DNA from: Mytilus trossulus
Taxonomy: Eukaryota
Length of the DNA stretch: 64,000 nucleotides
Direction: 5' to 3'
NCBI RefSeq assembly: GCF_036588685.1
Contig: NC_086382.1
Location: 25,048,001-25,112,000 of the forward strand
The notes under the pieces are model-generated. The model did no database searches and was not told the origin of the DNA. It was given only the letters and a program-made list of their open reading frames with translations. The translations under genes were made by a program, and so were the position numbers. Position 1 is the first letter of the stretch. Each line of letters begins with the position of its first letter. Of this stretch, positions 27,101-41,217 are shown one piece after another.

Positions 27101-27513
27101 ATCACGCTCTCACTACGACCATACCACGAGAAATCCGATTGCAACACGATCTTACCACGCTTCTACTGCGATTACAGCACGATCTTACCATGATTTTACT
27201 ACGTTTCTACCGCGATCCTACTACGTTCTTAGCAATAACGTCAACATCGTGTTTAATTTCAATACAGTTCCATTCCTTCTATTTCTGATTACTACGTAGA
27301 TTTCAAGGAAACAATACAGTCATGCCACCAAAATCTACTAGAACACGTGGGCATTGTGGTATGGGTTGATGTATAGGCAAAGGGAGCTCTGATAGTAACG
27401 AATCATGATCAAGCAAGGAAGTCGGACCGACCAATCCAACATAAATTACAACCTATTTCTGGTCCATCAAGCTCAAATGACGATATTTCAGTGATCGATA
27501 GGAGAGATGACAC
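22948..27513 (+). repeat. Segmental/tandem duplication, copy 2 (partner 1..4532)
   Basis: Colinear near-identity with the start of the window. Confidence 0.92.
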
Positions 27514-28061
27514 CGATGTGTCAATAGATATAGGAAGATATGGTAGGAGTGCCAATGATACAAATCCCCATCCAAGAAAACATATATAAAAGTTAACCAT
27601 TATAGGCCAAGGTAGGGCCTTCAACACGGAACATTGGCACACACCGAACAGCAATGTATAAAGGGCCACACAAATTACTAGTACTAGACGTGTAAAACCA
27701 TATAATCGGGAAAACCAACGGTATAATCTATATAAAAACGAGAAGCATGGCTGGGTCGTTAGAGAAAATGGACAAGAAGTCCTAATTGCATACAGACAAA
27801 CAAAACCTGGAGAGATTCAATATATTTTATGTGAAAATGACAAAAATTGTTTGTAACAACACGTGCATCATTCAAGAGGTTGGAAGTGTTTTAAGTAAAT
27901 CAAATATATTAATTGAATGCTAATTTGATAAATCCTCTATCATCAGACATATGATTTTATAATTTATCAATTATATTTTTGTTTCCTATTTTCTAATTAT
28001 TTCAAATATAATAACTTGGCATTATGTCCGAATACTGAAATTCTCACTGATGGTATTAATC

Positions 28062-28250
28062 ATAGATATAGGAAGCTGTGGTATGAGTGCCAATGAGACA
28101 ACTCTCCATCCAAATAACATTTTATAAAAGTAAACCATTATAGGTCAATGTACGGCCTTCAACACGGAGCCTTGGCTCACACCGAACAAAAAGCTATAAA
28201 GGGACCCAACCTTTACTAGGGTAAAACCATTCAAATGGGAAAAACCAACA
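28062..28250 (+). repeat. Dispersed repeat (AGATGTGGTATGAGTGCCAATGAGACAACTCTCC family)
   Basis: Recurs near 3603, 8530 (-), 26546, 27523, 32660, 34765 and 45180. Confidence 0.8.
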
Positions 28251-29844
28251 TATATTGGTGTCAACCATAATTCTTTAATGAAGTTTGCTGTTCTGTTTCT
28301 AAAAGTTTATATTTAAACCATTGAAAATTTTGTGAGAAATTATTCTTTCTAGATTGTTTATAAAATTAATATTGTCATTTTTTTTCATTGGCATCATTTT
28401 GGAATGAACATAGTTGATTACTGCTATATAGTATTTCGTCTGTGGTTGAAAGTTTTCGCATTGGCAATCATGCCTCATCTTATAATAATATCGAGCATGA
28501 CACCTACGAATTGTTCCGAATATAATAGAAAAATTCAAAGCTGTACATGTTCTCAGCGGAATGCAAAATTGTTTATGATTTCAAAATGTGCAAATACATG
28601 TTGACTTGCTTGTAAACAGATTTCATTGAATATTCTAGCAGGCTAAACCTATCAAAATATCCTTGTTGATGGCAGGAAGAATCGACTAAGATTACAACAG
28701 TTACTGATGTGTTGTTGGTCATGTTGATTAGTTAGTTCGATTTGTTTCTCACAGTTAATACTATATTGACCATGTTGCAAACACTACTTTGCATTGGTAA
28801 CAAATGTATACACTATGTCGATTTTATTTGAGTTTCTATGCGCTATACATAAACACACGAATAGAATGCTGAGGTTGAAAGAAAGTAGAAATTGTCAGGA
28901 GGAAAACTGTTTGGGTTTATGATTTAATTGGCAAAATTGTAAATATGTTTGATGTATTGAAGATTCAGATTCAATATTTTGTGTTCGTCTCATTACTTGC
29001 AAAACACAAATAAACAGTACCTACAGAGTATATACACAATATGAAGCCTATAAAACAGATATATGAGTTTGAGATTAATCAAAAGTTGTAGACTCGGTAG
29101 AAAGTTATTCTTATAAGATTTTTCAACCTATCTTTCAATAAGTTCGCTTGACTGTTTTGCAATCAGCAGAATTAAAAACCAACAAACGTGAACTTCTTAT
29201 GTTCAATGGGGGTTTCCTTAAGGTATTCTTCTCAATATTTCCTACCAATGTTGATAGCATGCGGTGATGTAAAAAAGGTCGCCTTTTATATCATCAGTTT
29301 TCCCCCCAGTCGGATAGGCGTGTGAAAAAAGCATTTGAAAATAAGTTAATATTTTGTAACAGATATGTTTATTCTACAAAGTCTATAATGTATATACTTT
29401 TCTGCAAAAAAACATGGCATTGGTGAAAATTGTTTTTAAATATCATTGAAATCAGTTATCAAGTAACTTTTTTTTTTCATGAAGAAAAACAAATTATATT
29501 TGGTTGTGAAAAAAAATCTGATTTCTGTAAAATAGCAGCTTGTTTTAAGAAAAATAATCATGTATACGGAATAAACAAAGTTTAGCAACAACTAATTTGT
29601 TTTTCATATTTTTAATCATAAACTAGAATTGTCTTTAACATTTTTCAAACAGTAATACATTATTGTAATATAAAATAACCATTAGGTTCAATCGTTTTCT
29701 GACAAAACCTGATTAACAAAATTTTCTCTATTTTGAAACCGCTATAATTTGTCCAATAAAAAAAAATTAAAATAAATTACTCTGCTTATAAAAATGCAAT
29801 ATCACTGTCTAAAATTTTTGACCTTATTATTTATTTTTCAAAAC

Positions 29845-30160
29845 TTATTCGATACTTAGGTTAGATGAGTAGCAAACATAATTTACTCGAGTTATATCAG
29901 TTTTACAGGAAAATTCTGTCTTCAATTGTCCATTCAAATAAACAAGAATCTTCTTGAAGTCTTTCACGTGAATCCTAAGTTCAAAAGAATTTTGGAAGTA
30001 GTCGTTAACCACGTCTTTATCCTTTAAAACTGTTTCTTTCCCCCATTTACCATGGTGACGGGTATTCATAACAACTTTCGATTTAGGTCCTCTTGGGTTG
30101 AATTGAAAAGTAATATTTTCAGTATCGTCTTTATCCTCTAGAAGATTGACAGCAAACCCA
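29845..30160 (-). CDS. Galectin, last coding exon
   Basis: ttcatttttatattcaaaag acceptor; GFAVNL...FQFNPR...VVMNT..GKWGKE...F.LRI...VYLNG galectin CRD signature; AATAAA ~10 nt after the stop. Confidence 0.85.
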
Positions 30161-30301
30161 CTTTTGAATATAAAAATGAAACTTTGTAAATAGAGATCAA
30201 ATCATTTACAAATAAAAACAAAAATGTATTGCATGCTTTACAATAATTATTTAACATAATGTTTGCATAAAAACCATGAAATACCAGGATTGAGATGATG
30301 T

Positions 30302-30346
30302 ACGCCAGAATCACATTTGTCAACAAAAGACTCATCAATGACGCTC
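30302..30346 (-). ncRNA. Degenerate hammerhead motif in the galectin intron (sense to the gene)
   Basis: Minus strand gagcgtca-TTGATGA-gtcttttgttgac-AAA-tgtga-TTC-tggcgt; core mutated. Confidence 0.55.
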
Positions 30347-30912
30347 GAATCAATAAAGTTTAAAAAAAAAAAAAAAAAAAAAGAAGCCAAATAGAGCATT
30401 GAAAGTGCGAAACTCTTGAAAGGCAAAATAGCCAAGATAATTTAAGGTAACCGATTCGTGGGGTACGCTATTTGCTCCGCCCCATCGACGATAAGGACGG
30501 GACAGGATGATAGTGTGTGCGTGCATGCTCCGCCCGACCAACGATTACAATGCGCTAGATCTTACCAGTATGCACAGGGTTAGCAGATTTTAAAATTGTC
30601 TACCAATTACTTCTACGTACTAAAATGTGAAGATGATTACTTCAAATTCGGAAGAGCCTATAAAAGGCTGAAACATTAGTGTGTTTGATATGCTATGCTC
30701 CTTGAATTCTTTCTAAGCAAGATTTTGCAAAGGAGAACATACACAGTGTATATGTAAATAAACAATTTTAATGGTGCTAGGTGTTGCTGAAACTAAAACA
30801 ATACTACAGAATTTAAAGTAAAGAATAATCAAAATTAATACTCATTTTGGTAATTTGATTTTACTGTGTGTGATATAACTATACTGTGTCTAGATTTTTT
30901 TTAAATACCTAC

Positions 30913-31004
30913 CAATCCAAAGACGAGTTTTTGTCATTGCACGAGACTTTAAAACGGAGGTCGCCGCCAACTTTCACTTCCTGTCCTAACGTTGAGAGCT
31001 CTAG
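30913..31004 (-). CDS. Galectin, middle coding exon (LELSTLGQEVKVGGDLRFKVSCNDKNSSLD)
   Basis: tttaatacag acceptor and TG|GTAGGT donor; phase 2 joins 30160 in frame. Confidence 0.75.
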
Positions 31005-32254
31005 CTGTATTAAACATTAAACTATTTGAAATTACAAAGCAATATATTTAATACCATATAATGGGAACGAATTCCAGACCTATATTTCAGTTTCTATCAT
31101 TTGTGTCTTGTATGCCCATTTTCGAATAACTCGTAAAGTTAGACTTTGGTCTTATGCTGTGCTGTCACAACACTAATTAATGTTCGGGTAAAGTAAGACG
31201 CCCACTTACATGTTTAAACCAGCAGTATTGTGGATATGCCTGTCACAAACATAGGTCATGTTACTCATTGCTTATCGTTTGTTGCTGTATATCATATTTG
31301 TTTTTCGTTAATTGTTTCCTACATAAAGCCATTAGATTTTTCTTGTGTTCATTTTTTTTTTTGCATTTTCATAACGGAGCCTTTTATAGCTTGTTTTGTG
31401 GTTAAGGTTACCTCATCGTTGAGGAGGTTACGATTATTTATAGATTGAAGTTTTTATTGTTTCCTTTGCAATCTTACTACATCATCTTATATTTAAATTA
31501 CCATAAAGTATTACTCACTCATTCACATGCACATACATATTGCAAACAGAATTTAAAAAAAAAAAAAATATCTAATGTATAATATTTAAGATAAAAAAAA
31601 AAAAAGAATTAATACATAAAGATGGTTGTTTAGGCATCTTTTGTTCTATGGCTTAACTTAAAAGACATCGTTTTGTTCCATCGATCCCTCCTCTATCCTT
31701 ACCCCCTTCCCTCTCAAAACAAAAAAACACAATACCGCAGCCTAAATTGTGTCCGAATGGATGTATCAAAAAGTCCAATTATTTCTCTTTTAACCTTGTT
31801 AATTTTTCTGTAAATTAATTCTTTTCAGTAAACCAGATTAGAAACTGATTAAACTTTCTTCGGGACGACGGAAAGAGAAAACATACTCTACTGAGATGGT
31901 TTTGTTGCTCACGCTTTTAATAGATTTCTATTTACAGTTTTGAAGACTTCTCTTTTCAATATTTCGATTTTGGCTAGTTTTGTCATTCTTTTACCTATGA
32001 GTTTTGAATGATTCAATTAATAATATCCTCCGCCTTTTTATCCTTGATTTGCCTGTAATAAACCAGTCTATTTGATAATTTCACACAATGGTATCTTCCG
32101 CCTATTTCGCCCTGCTTTTGGTGTCTGTAATAACCAGTTTAAGTGACAACGTCCACAAATATGTTGTGTTAAATATCTTATATTATAAATCGTAACAATG
32201 TTCCTTTCATTGGCAAAAAATGAAAATATTTTTCAAATGAAACTGCATACTTAC

Positions 32255-32263
32255 AAAAAGCAT
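32255..32263 (-). CDS. Galectin, first coding segment (MLF) within the 30-bp exon 32255..32284; a possible 5' UTR exon ends at 34417
   Basis: Polypyrimidine/TAG acceptor and ATG CTT TTT|GTAAGT, phase 0; total protein 138 aa. Confidence 0.6.
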
Positions 32264-32824
32264 GCTCGAACTAACAGTTGATACCTATACATATGAAAGA
32301 AAAAAAGATGCAATTAATAGTGGCGTCAACTTATTAATTAGTCCGTTAAAGTTAGTGTTTTTTTCGATGACCATATTATTATCAAAATCATTAAAACGAA
32401 ATTTAAGTATCAAAAACATACAAATTATGTCATAAAAAGTCTATATCAGTAATATTTCAGATGATAAAGGAGGAAACGCATTTTTCTATCTTCTTTTATA
32501 GTATAACGAAACAATAGATACATATATGCAAAGTTTTTCCAAACTCTGTGACATCAATATAGAACAGAACAGAACAGAACATATTTTATTTCCAATTAAG
32601 GGCCCACAAGGGGCATACAGAGCATACATGAATAAGGAAAAAGAATATTATATATAAGAAGAGGTGGTACATGTATGAGTGCCAATGAGACAACTCTCAA
32701 CCTAAGTCACAATTTGTAAAAAAAAAACAGTATTGGTCAAAGTATGGTTCTCAACAAGGAGCTTTGGCTCACACCGAACAGCAAGAGATAAAGAGATTTT
32801 TCCTTTTTTTTTCAATTTAAACCT

Positions 32825-33064
32825 TCAAAAGATCGATGTAGGATAAAAAAAACTTAAATCAAATAGTTTGGGGGTGGGGTGGGGGGGGGGGGGGTCAATA
32901 TTGCTTCAAGTTTTGTTAATCTAAAATCGATTTTACATATATCCCTATTGGTCAATCATTTTTTCCCAAATTAAGTTAAGAGGGGGGGGGGGGGGGGGGG
33001 GGGTCAGTGAAAAAACTATGTGAATTAAGTTTTTTATCCTTCATTGAACTTTTGATGTCGTCCC
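32825..33064. mobile_element. PIF/Harbinger-type MITE with damaged left end and two G-runs
   Basis: TCAAAAGATCGATGTAGGATAAAAA mirrors TTTTTATCCTTCATTGAACTTTTGA; right end GTCCC|TTA. Confidence 0.55.
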
Positions 33065-35524
33065 TTATACTGTAACTTGACATGAAAACTTTCAATGTAT
33101 GGCTTTATAATCATGTAATGCTAGTTAAGCGTTACTAGCAAAGCTTGAATTTCTTACATTTTCTGATTATTGTGTTAGCAAGGTTCTTCATTTCATCATT
33201 CTTTATTTTTCTTTTTTTTCCCCTTTTTTTGTTTCTATTTTTTGGAGGTATTTCTTTCTTCTTCTTTTCTCGTTACACTCTATTATCTATATGCTAGCAC
33301 CTTTGTCTTTATTACATATATAATCATATTTTAACACACCATTAATCGCTTTTTTAAAATACTTTTAGTTCATACTTTTCTACTATTTCTTTCCCATTAT
33401 TTTCTTTTGAGTTTACTATGTTTGTTGGGTAATATTTGTGTATCTCTTCCCTCAAGAGCTCGACATATAGGATTGAGTGCACATACTGGTCGGTCCTAAG
33501 CAAAAACGTGTCAGGATATTAGGCAGTTTTGTCTTCTTTCAGACGTTTACAGACATAATCAGCTTGTCTATCTAGTACAGTATGTAACACTTATTTGATA
33601 AAAACATCGTTAAAACAAATTAATAATTTCCTAAACATGTGACGTTGATACAGAAACAGAAAGTAAAATACACAGTTGCTTGTTGCCTATGTACTTGGAG
33701 ACAGGACATTTTTTTTTTAGCCCTCTCTCTTTTTCAAAAATTCATTATTTTGTTTTAAATATCAGTGACCTCTACGGAAAGTAAATTTGGAAGAATTGCT
33801 AGTTATTTTTAGAACATTTATGTTTATATGATACAGGAAAACACGAATAGATACTGATATTAATAGAAGACATAACCATGATAACGGGTTTTGCCAAAAT
33901 AGGGAAGCGAACTTGTTGATCTCCCTTTCAACATGTTCAACAAGGATAATTAAAATATCAGCCTATATTTCTATTGTCTCCAAAAATGTGTTACGTTTGA
34001 TAGTTCATTAAATAATGCTATTCGACAATATTTGGATGAATTCATTATACTAATCACTTTAACATTCATGACCCAAATTCTTTTGACAGTATAATTTTGT
34101 ATCGTCAAATTAAATGTAATTCCAGTTCATCATTTTAATTGATATTAAAAAAATGCAATAGAAATATCTCTTTCCGTTGTCTTTCAACAATGATTTTAAA
34201 TTTCAACTATTCACTGGTATTTTCATTGGCTGACATTACTGCAGACAGTACTCTTTAGGGTATACATCTGTCCTAACTTTATCATAAATTATTCTAAAGG
34301 TTGCTGCCACCACGAAGAATGACAGAAACGGAATGACAATAACTTAGTATTAAATTTCATAACCTTGAGTTCAACAAAATTTTAGAAACCTATTTCGAAA
34401 AAGACGAAGTTCTTACCTGATGAACAACGAACTCTTAAAGTCAACAAAAATTATTCCAGAAATGTTTCTTATGGTAGACGCGTAACAAGACGATTTGCAC
34501 AAGACGATTTGCGTGACAAGTACACATTAAGCAATGATTTAGATGTACTACATGTATTCGTGTTACCGTTGATCTTTATTGAGAGGGATTACTGTAACAG
34601 TTCTATTCATACCTATTCTATTCCTTATTATCTACTTTAACATTATGTCTACCAACTTAAATGCTTTTTATGTTTTTATAACATTTATACATCTTCATAC
34701 AGAAGACATTTTAATTACATTCTATTAGGAGTTTTACCAAACAAATTAAAATTTTTATAACATAGATATAAAAAGATGTGGTAGTAGTTATGTCTATAAG
34801 ACCACTCTCCATCCAAGTAACAATTTGTAAAAGGAAACCATTATACTTTTAGGTTTAAGTACGGCTCAACATGAAGCCTTGGCTCACACCGAACAGCAAG
34901 CTATAAAGGGCCCCAGAAATAACTAGATTTAAACTGGAAAATCCAACGGTCTTATCTATATAAAAGAAGAAGAAAAAACCGGAGAAACGAAATACACTTA
35001 TGAACTTCAACTACTGAACATCAGATTCCTGTTCAATCCATTTTCAAAGCAGATACAATTTTCTCAAGTATCGTTCATGACGTTTGTAATCAGTTAAACT
35101 ATTTAGTAGTCCATAAATAATAATGAAAAAAAAATCCACCTCCGTTTTCTTAATAATATTTTTACATTGTGTTGTACTACTAATTTTTGACACAAATTAT
35201 ACCAAAATTATAGAAAACTTCATTGGGTCTAACTCTAAATATGTACATTTTTACGTTAAAGGGGCCTTGAAATCTTTTGACAGCTTCCGACATGCGAATT
35301 CTTAAGTTTCTTCAACTGGACTAAATAACTACTTTACTTTAAAAATTCATGACCCAAATTTTGTTTACAATCAACAATGTAATTTCATGCAATTTTAAGC
35401 ATGAAGAAATACATTTGGAAGAGGTATACAAAAAAAATTTGTTAGTACCACACTGTCCATACTAGTGATTACATTCGTGTTCACATGAGAGGTGAGAAGA
35501 TGCGGTACACAAGCCATGACATAA

Positions 35525-35805
35525 GGGAGCTACCATTTGATTTTTAGGGGGGGCTAGGATGAAATTTGAAACAAATAGACAGGACAGGAGATTTGAGTAA
35601 AAACAAAAGGCAGGATGAGACACTTTCAAAAAAAAAAAAAAAGTCAGGATGACAATTTATGTAAAAAAAAGTCAGGATAAACTAAAAAAAATAGCAGGAC
35701 TGGATAGAGTGAAAAATAAAAAGGCAGGACAGAGATTACAACTAAAAAAAATGCATGACAACATTTTTCATCCTAGCCCCCCATAAAAATCAAATGGTAG
35801 CTCCC
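35525..35805. mobile_element. PIF/Harbinger (Tourist-like) MITE
   Basis: ~40-bp TIR GGGAGCTACCATTTGATTTTTA..GGCTAGGATGAAA; TAA TSD on both sides; internal AAAAAGGCAGGA repeats. Confidence 0.85.
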
Positions 35806-38126
35806 TAAGATCAGCAGAAAAGGATGGAAGACATCTACAGTAATGTTTGGTAATATTCATTAGACGTGTCTCGGTACTTATACATCCCGTCGTTGTATTA
35901 TTGCGATATGGTACATTTTTGTATTATTATCTTTAATGTATGCCTCTATGCACTTTGTCTATATATGCGTTTTTGTTTTCTTTGTTGACATATTTGCCTG
36001 GTTTTAAAGTAAATAAAATTATAACATAATGTTGACTGCTGTATTCCTTTTTTGAAATATGTTCCTTATGTTTTCTTTATATTTTCGTAGTTTATCTGAA
36101 CGTCTTACGTATTTTTATTATCGTTAAGTTTCGGATTTCATATGTTCGTTTCTGACAACCGTGCATATGTATCATTGAATCAAATAATATATTAATTACT
36201 TGTTTATAACGTGTATTGTTTATTTTAGTATTGTGGCAGATGCATTCTTGTTATGATGTATTATAAGACACTTGTTAATGAATTCATATCAGCGTAGTTT
36301 AATATGATTAGTACGCATAAAATAATGATTACGTTGCAAAAAACAAAACAAAAATACATGTTATTATAGTATTTTCATTTCCACTGCAATGGTTACAATT
36401 ATTTTTATAATTTTTCGCATTTCTGAGGATTTTTGTTGAGTTTGTTTCTTTTATTTTTTAACTCTAATTAATGTCTTTTCTTTGTTCATTCTTTTTGTGG
36501 TACATTTTGTAGTTTAGGAAAAGGGGTAAGGATTGGGAGGGTATTATGTTCAAATTAGAGTTTTCTTACATTGTGATGGAAAAAAAACGAACGATCGTGA
36601 AGAGAGCATGTATTTTTCCGCGATAACAGTAAATTAAGTGTTTTTGTTTTATCCGATTAAACAGCAGTCTTTTCTTAATCAAACGAGGCATTTCGCACAT
36701 AAAACACTTTTTGAATATCTGAAAATAAAATAAAACAGGTTCAAATACACTGACGTCGGATAAATTACTGATGTTATCCACTGAAAGAAATGGAACAAAA
36801 GTTGGTTGTTTTAAAAACAAAACAGTCTCGGTCTTTTACTTCGCTGTACAATATAGAACAATGCGAAGTTTTGAATAGTGGGCTAGAAAACGGTCTGCTA
36901 GGAAGGGGCACTCGGATGCGTCTCACTCCTAGTGTCGCCCTTCAGCTCTAATAATAAATCAACTAATTACATATAATCATTGGTAGGTAAACGTCAAGTG
37001 GCAACTATTTCATGAATGTTCAGGCCAAAACTGCAATTATACATAAAGATTCGAAACGGTTCAAGAATTTAGCCTAACTTGGGTGTCTGAACACATCACT
37101 AGGCGACAATGGATAGTTACCAGGGAGAGGCGCGGTATCGCTGCAAATTATAAAACGTGCCTAGGCATATGTTTTTGGGTATTTGTTTTTAATTATGGTA
37201 TTTTTGCAGTTGCGTATTTTAGGGAGTATTTCTTTTAATCTTTTCTATTTGTGTGAAGGGGAAACTTATGTATTTGCCTTGGTATTTTCTTTAGGTTAGA
37301 TAATGCTAAGGTGTATTTCTTTTTTTTGGATGGATGGGCGTGTTGTTTCAGCACAATCGTTAATTTTTAGGTTATTTTCTTCTTCTGACAAGCCTACTTT
37401 GTAGAGTTACCCCCTTCACTCTGTTGGTATTATATTTTTGTTTTATTATCTTCGCCTCAGTTGACAATGGTTTTTTTTCGAGGTAACATACATGTAAAGG
37501 TACTGAATGTTCTATTATTTTTATCTTGATAACTATTGCAATTTATCGTGATATACTATGATAATTACTAGCTTTCATTGACATTTCTTTAAGATAACAG
37601 AAACAAAGATATTGTCTCGTGGACTAAACTTTTTTTCTTCAAATTTTATATATATTTTGTATGAAATGAGAAAAATACAGAAAAATTCCCCAACATTTCT
37701 TTATTAGAGTTTAGTCACTTGATACACTTTTGTGTTATCATTGTACCTTGTAGGTTTACATGTACACTTTCTGTTCTTCTGTTTGTATGTTATATGTTTT
37801 GCAATTATTTCTTTTGGTGACACAACACTCTACTAAGTACATTACACTACACTATCTCCTCATAATGTTTGTGGTGGATCCAGCAATGTTCATATATAGG
37901 GACGGACATAAGAGGGGACATGCTCCAGTCGTGATTCCCGAAATAATCAACCAATTGTTTTCCAACAAAAGGGAGGCTGGGGTTGAGGTGCCTGGCCCTC
38001 CTAGATCTGCCTTTGCATGTTACTCTTCTTCAATGTTTACTATCAAATTTTATTTAGTAGATTTAATAAAGGTTAACATTTTCACATATAAAACCTAAAA
38101 TGATACTACATAGTTCACGCCATAAA

Positions 38127-38368
38127 CTAGTTAACATAAAATTTAGCTCCGTTTCCAACTGAGGACCCTGCATCTATTGGACAACTCATCATGTCAATTT
38201 CATCTTGTTCAAATGTTGATGGATCTAAATGTCTAGTTGTAAATGTTGCAGTGTTGTTGACATTAACACGAACAAAGGTAGTTAGTTGAATGAAGTTCAT
38301 GGCCACAGGAAAGATCGTTGTCATGGAAGTAGAGAAATGTATAGAACTATCTTTCGCCATTTTGAAAC
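38127..38368 (-). CDS. Tandem VirK-like domain protein, exon 5 (last)
   Basis: ctattttcag acceptor, phase 1; FKMAKDSSIHFSTS...ATFTTRHLDPSTF...MSCPI...GAKFYVN*; AATAAA at 38049-38054. Confidence 0.85.
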
Positions 38369-38547
38369 CTGAAAATAGACGGGTTATTTACGGCACGATT
38401 GTAGTTTTCGTAAATGAGTGTTTTTATCTTTAGAATAAAGAAAACTAAAAAGATCCAGAACAACTGACATTTTCAGCTAAAGACAATTCTTTTAGATTGG
38501 ATTTCGTTTATGCCATTCTTTTTTTTTAAACCTGTTATAATAATATA

Positions 38548-39116
38548 AAGGTCCCTTTGTAGCCCCAACATATAGCAGTTTTACAAAATTGATAAAATGT
38601 AAAATTTTAGTTATTTATTGGAAAGTAGAATGCTTCTGTTACATATATATGGGCTGTTTTTGACAATACAAAGCACATATTGTGGAATAAGCATCAATAA
38701 GTCATGCTAAATTACTGAAATCTTCACAATTCTAGCATTTTAGTTAAATTTTAAACGGTTTCCGTCTTAAATGAAAGAGACCGCATTTCTGTTCATTCTT
38801 AATATTGAAATGTAAGTTGTATGTGATTATAACACATAACATATGTATTAAGGTTGAGGATGAACACGGATGCGGCCGCTTTCATTTTTGACAAAAAAAA
38901 CATCTGAAAAGTGACATATTTTGGCATATTTGATAGATTTTTCATGTTTGAGCTTGAATCGAAGCGTTATTAATACTAAACCAGTTAAAATCTTTCACAT
39001 AAACTGATTGAATCAACTGTAGTAGGCACTTAAGTGTTTAAAAAGTGTCCAAAATCATTCGTCAGATGAACCTGAAATTTGGGGCTAATATCGGTCCTTA
39101 CCGGACTGACTTCTTT
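38548..39116 (+). mobile_element. MITE, copy with eroded left TIR (intron 4 of the VirK-like gene)
   Basis: Colinear with 40486..41066. Confidence 0.8.
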
Positions 39117-39531
39117 CATTGAAACTTTGGTTTTGTTTGACTCTTGTAATATGATCATCACTTTGGTTATTATTTAGTTTTTTTCTGCTCGTTTTGAGTG
39201 CTCACAAAACTATTTTTTCAATAACATCAAGTGTGAAAATGTTTATTAATCCCTAATAGTTATGTTGTTTTGAAAGATTTGATGTCAGATTTTAGATTCA
39301 TTTATATTTTATTATTTTTGAGAAAGAAAACCCAAACAATTTGGTGCTAGGCGTGTACAGTTGGCTTTTTTCTAACTATGAACATGCATTTTGATACCAT
39401 GTATTGCATTGCTACATATGTAGGTTGTTATTTTTTTTCCAAGACATCCATCGAATTATATATTCAGACAATAAATATATGTTTGATGTCTTCTTTTCAA
39501 AGTTATTGTATAAACTTTGTTAAATTATTAC

Positions 39532-39701
39532 CTCTGATCGTGTCTCCTAATATGCCATGATAGCAGTTGCCTTGTCCCGCAGCACATTGACATTCTGTTA
39601 TATTTACAACCCATCCGACTTCCTCACCAGAAGTCAGCATCGTCTGGATTTCCGGAAATGACGTCAGTTGTCTTTGTTTTGCTTGATTCTTTACCCATAG
39701 G
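39532..39701 (-). CDS. Tandem VirK-like domain protein, exon 4 (not in ORF track)
   Basis: tctttacag acceptor and AG|GTAATA donor; LWVKNQAKQRQLTSFPEIQTMLTSGEEVGWVVNITECQCAAGQGNCYHGILGDTIR; phases 2/1 fit the neighbouring exons. Confidence 0.85.
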
Positions 39702-40485
39702 CTGTAAAGATTAAATGATAATGTTTAACTTTAGTCATGAACACCCGACCCGAAATATATAAAAGAACGTAAAACTACTTGAAAACGTAATCCATTATAG
39801 AAGGTAAAGTAAAATTATTCTTAAATTCGATTACGGCGAATTTTTGACCGAGGGAGTTGTTTTTTTTAGTTTTTCAATAAATCTGAAGTGATGTTATTAT
39901 GCTATATGTAATCACTGGCATGTTATCAATCATGTCAATTCCAAATTGTAATGCAAACAGTTCTTAGCGTATTTTCTAGATTTAATTTCATCAGAAACAC
40001 AAAATTAAAAGGCAAGGATGTAGATCATCACTGGAATAAATGAAAATATTATCACCTTAGATAAACTCAAACAATAGTTTTACCGATAGCAGGTCAACTT
40101 TGTTTGACATATTCCCAAAGAGACTCGTGTAATTGTCGACTTAATTTTAATATTTGTATTTATTTTTTTCTTCTTTCCCTGGAGGATGTACGTTACTCTG
40201 TTTAAAATAACAAGCTTTTAAAAAGACTATTATATATCAAAAGTTAATCAAAGAAACGAAAAAAGCAAAGAAAAACTATGGGTCAATGTGTTCGTTTTCG
40301 AAATATAAGCCATTTAAAACTTGGCGGGAAATAAATCTCTCTAGAATTTTTATATATTTAACATTGGCACCTTTTTTTTTGAAAAAAACGATTAATAAAA
40401 AGCAAGGATTTTATAAGATTTTCAAAGAAGATATTTTAAACTATGTTTAATCAAATAATGGAACGAAAAGTTGGGGTTAATGGGC

Positions 40486-41066
40486 AAAGGAGTAGGTCCG
40501 GTAAGAGCCCTTTTTGGCCCCAAAATATAGCAGTTTTACAAAATTGTTAAAATGGAAACTTTTATTTATTTATTGGATAGAAGAATGGTTCTGCTACATA
40601 AATATGGGCTGTTTTTGATAATACAATGCACATATATTTGGTACTAGCACCATTAAGTCATGCTTGATTACTAAAATCTTCTCAATTCCAGCATTTTAAT
40701 TAAATTCTAGACGGTTTCCGTGTGAAACGAAAGTGGCCGCATTCGTGTTCATCCAAAAAATTGAAATGGAAGTTGTATTTGGTGATAATACATAACATAT
40801 ATAAAGATTGAGGATGAACACGGATGCGGCCACTTTCATTTTTGACAAAAAAACATCTGAAAAGTGACATTTTTTCGCATGTTTGGTAGATTTTTCAGAT
40901 TTGAGCTTGAATCGGATCGTTTTAAATGACGAAATAAGTTAAAATCTTTCACAAAAGTTAATTGAATCAAATGAAATAAAAAAGTGTTTCAAAAGTGGTC
41001 AAAATCTTTCGTCAGATGAATTTGAAATTTGAGGCCAAAATCGGTCTTTACCGGACCTAATCCTTT
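40486..41066 (+). mobile_element. ~580-bp MITE (intron 3 of the VirK-like gene)
   Basis: TIR AAAGGAGTAGGTCCGGTAA / TTACCGGACCTAATCCTTT; internal inverted GTGGCCGCAT.CGTGTTCATCC pair. Confidence 0.85.
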
Positions 41067-41217
41067 GTTTAACATGGATAAAACCAGAGGATGCCGAATA
41101 TCTGTCAAAAATAAAAAAAAAAAATGTGGGTCGAACTTCCTTAAATAACATTTTTCTTAATTTGACAAGGTGTTTGTCTTTAATAACGCAAAATCTGCCA
41201 CAGAAAACTACTCTTAC

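Noticed and set aside
30137-30141. Alternative galectin acceptor CTAG
   Set aside because: Wrong phase, and it would drop the conserved FAVNL strand; 30160 fits
30455-30545. GC-rich 90-bp island with repeated TGCTCCGCCC as a possible RNA gene
   Set aside because: No tRNA or snRNA structure recognised; likely a repeat fragment
32869-33003. G-runs as regulatory G-quadruplexes
   Set aside because: They are internal to a MITE, and homopolymer lengths are unreliable
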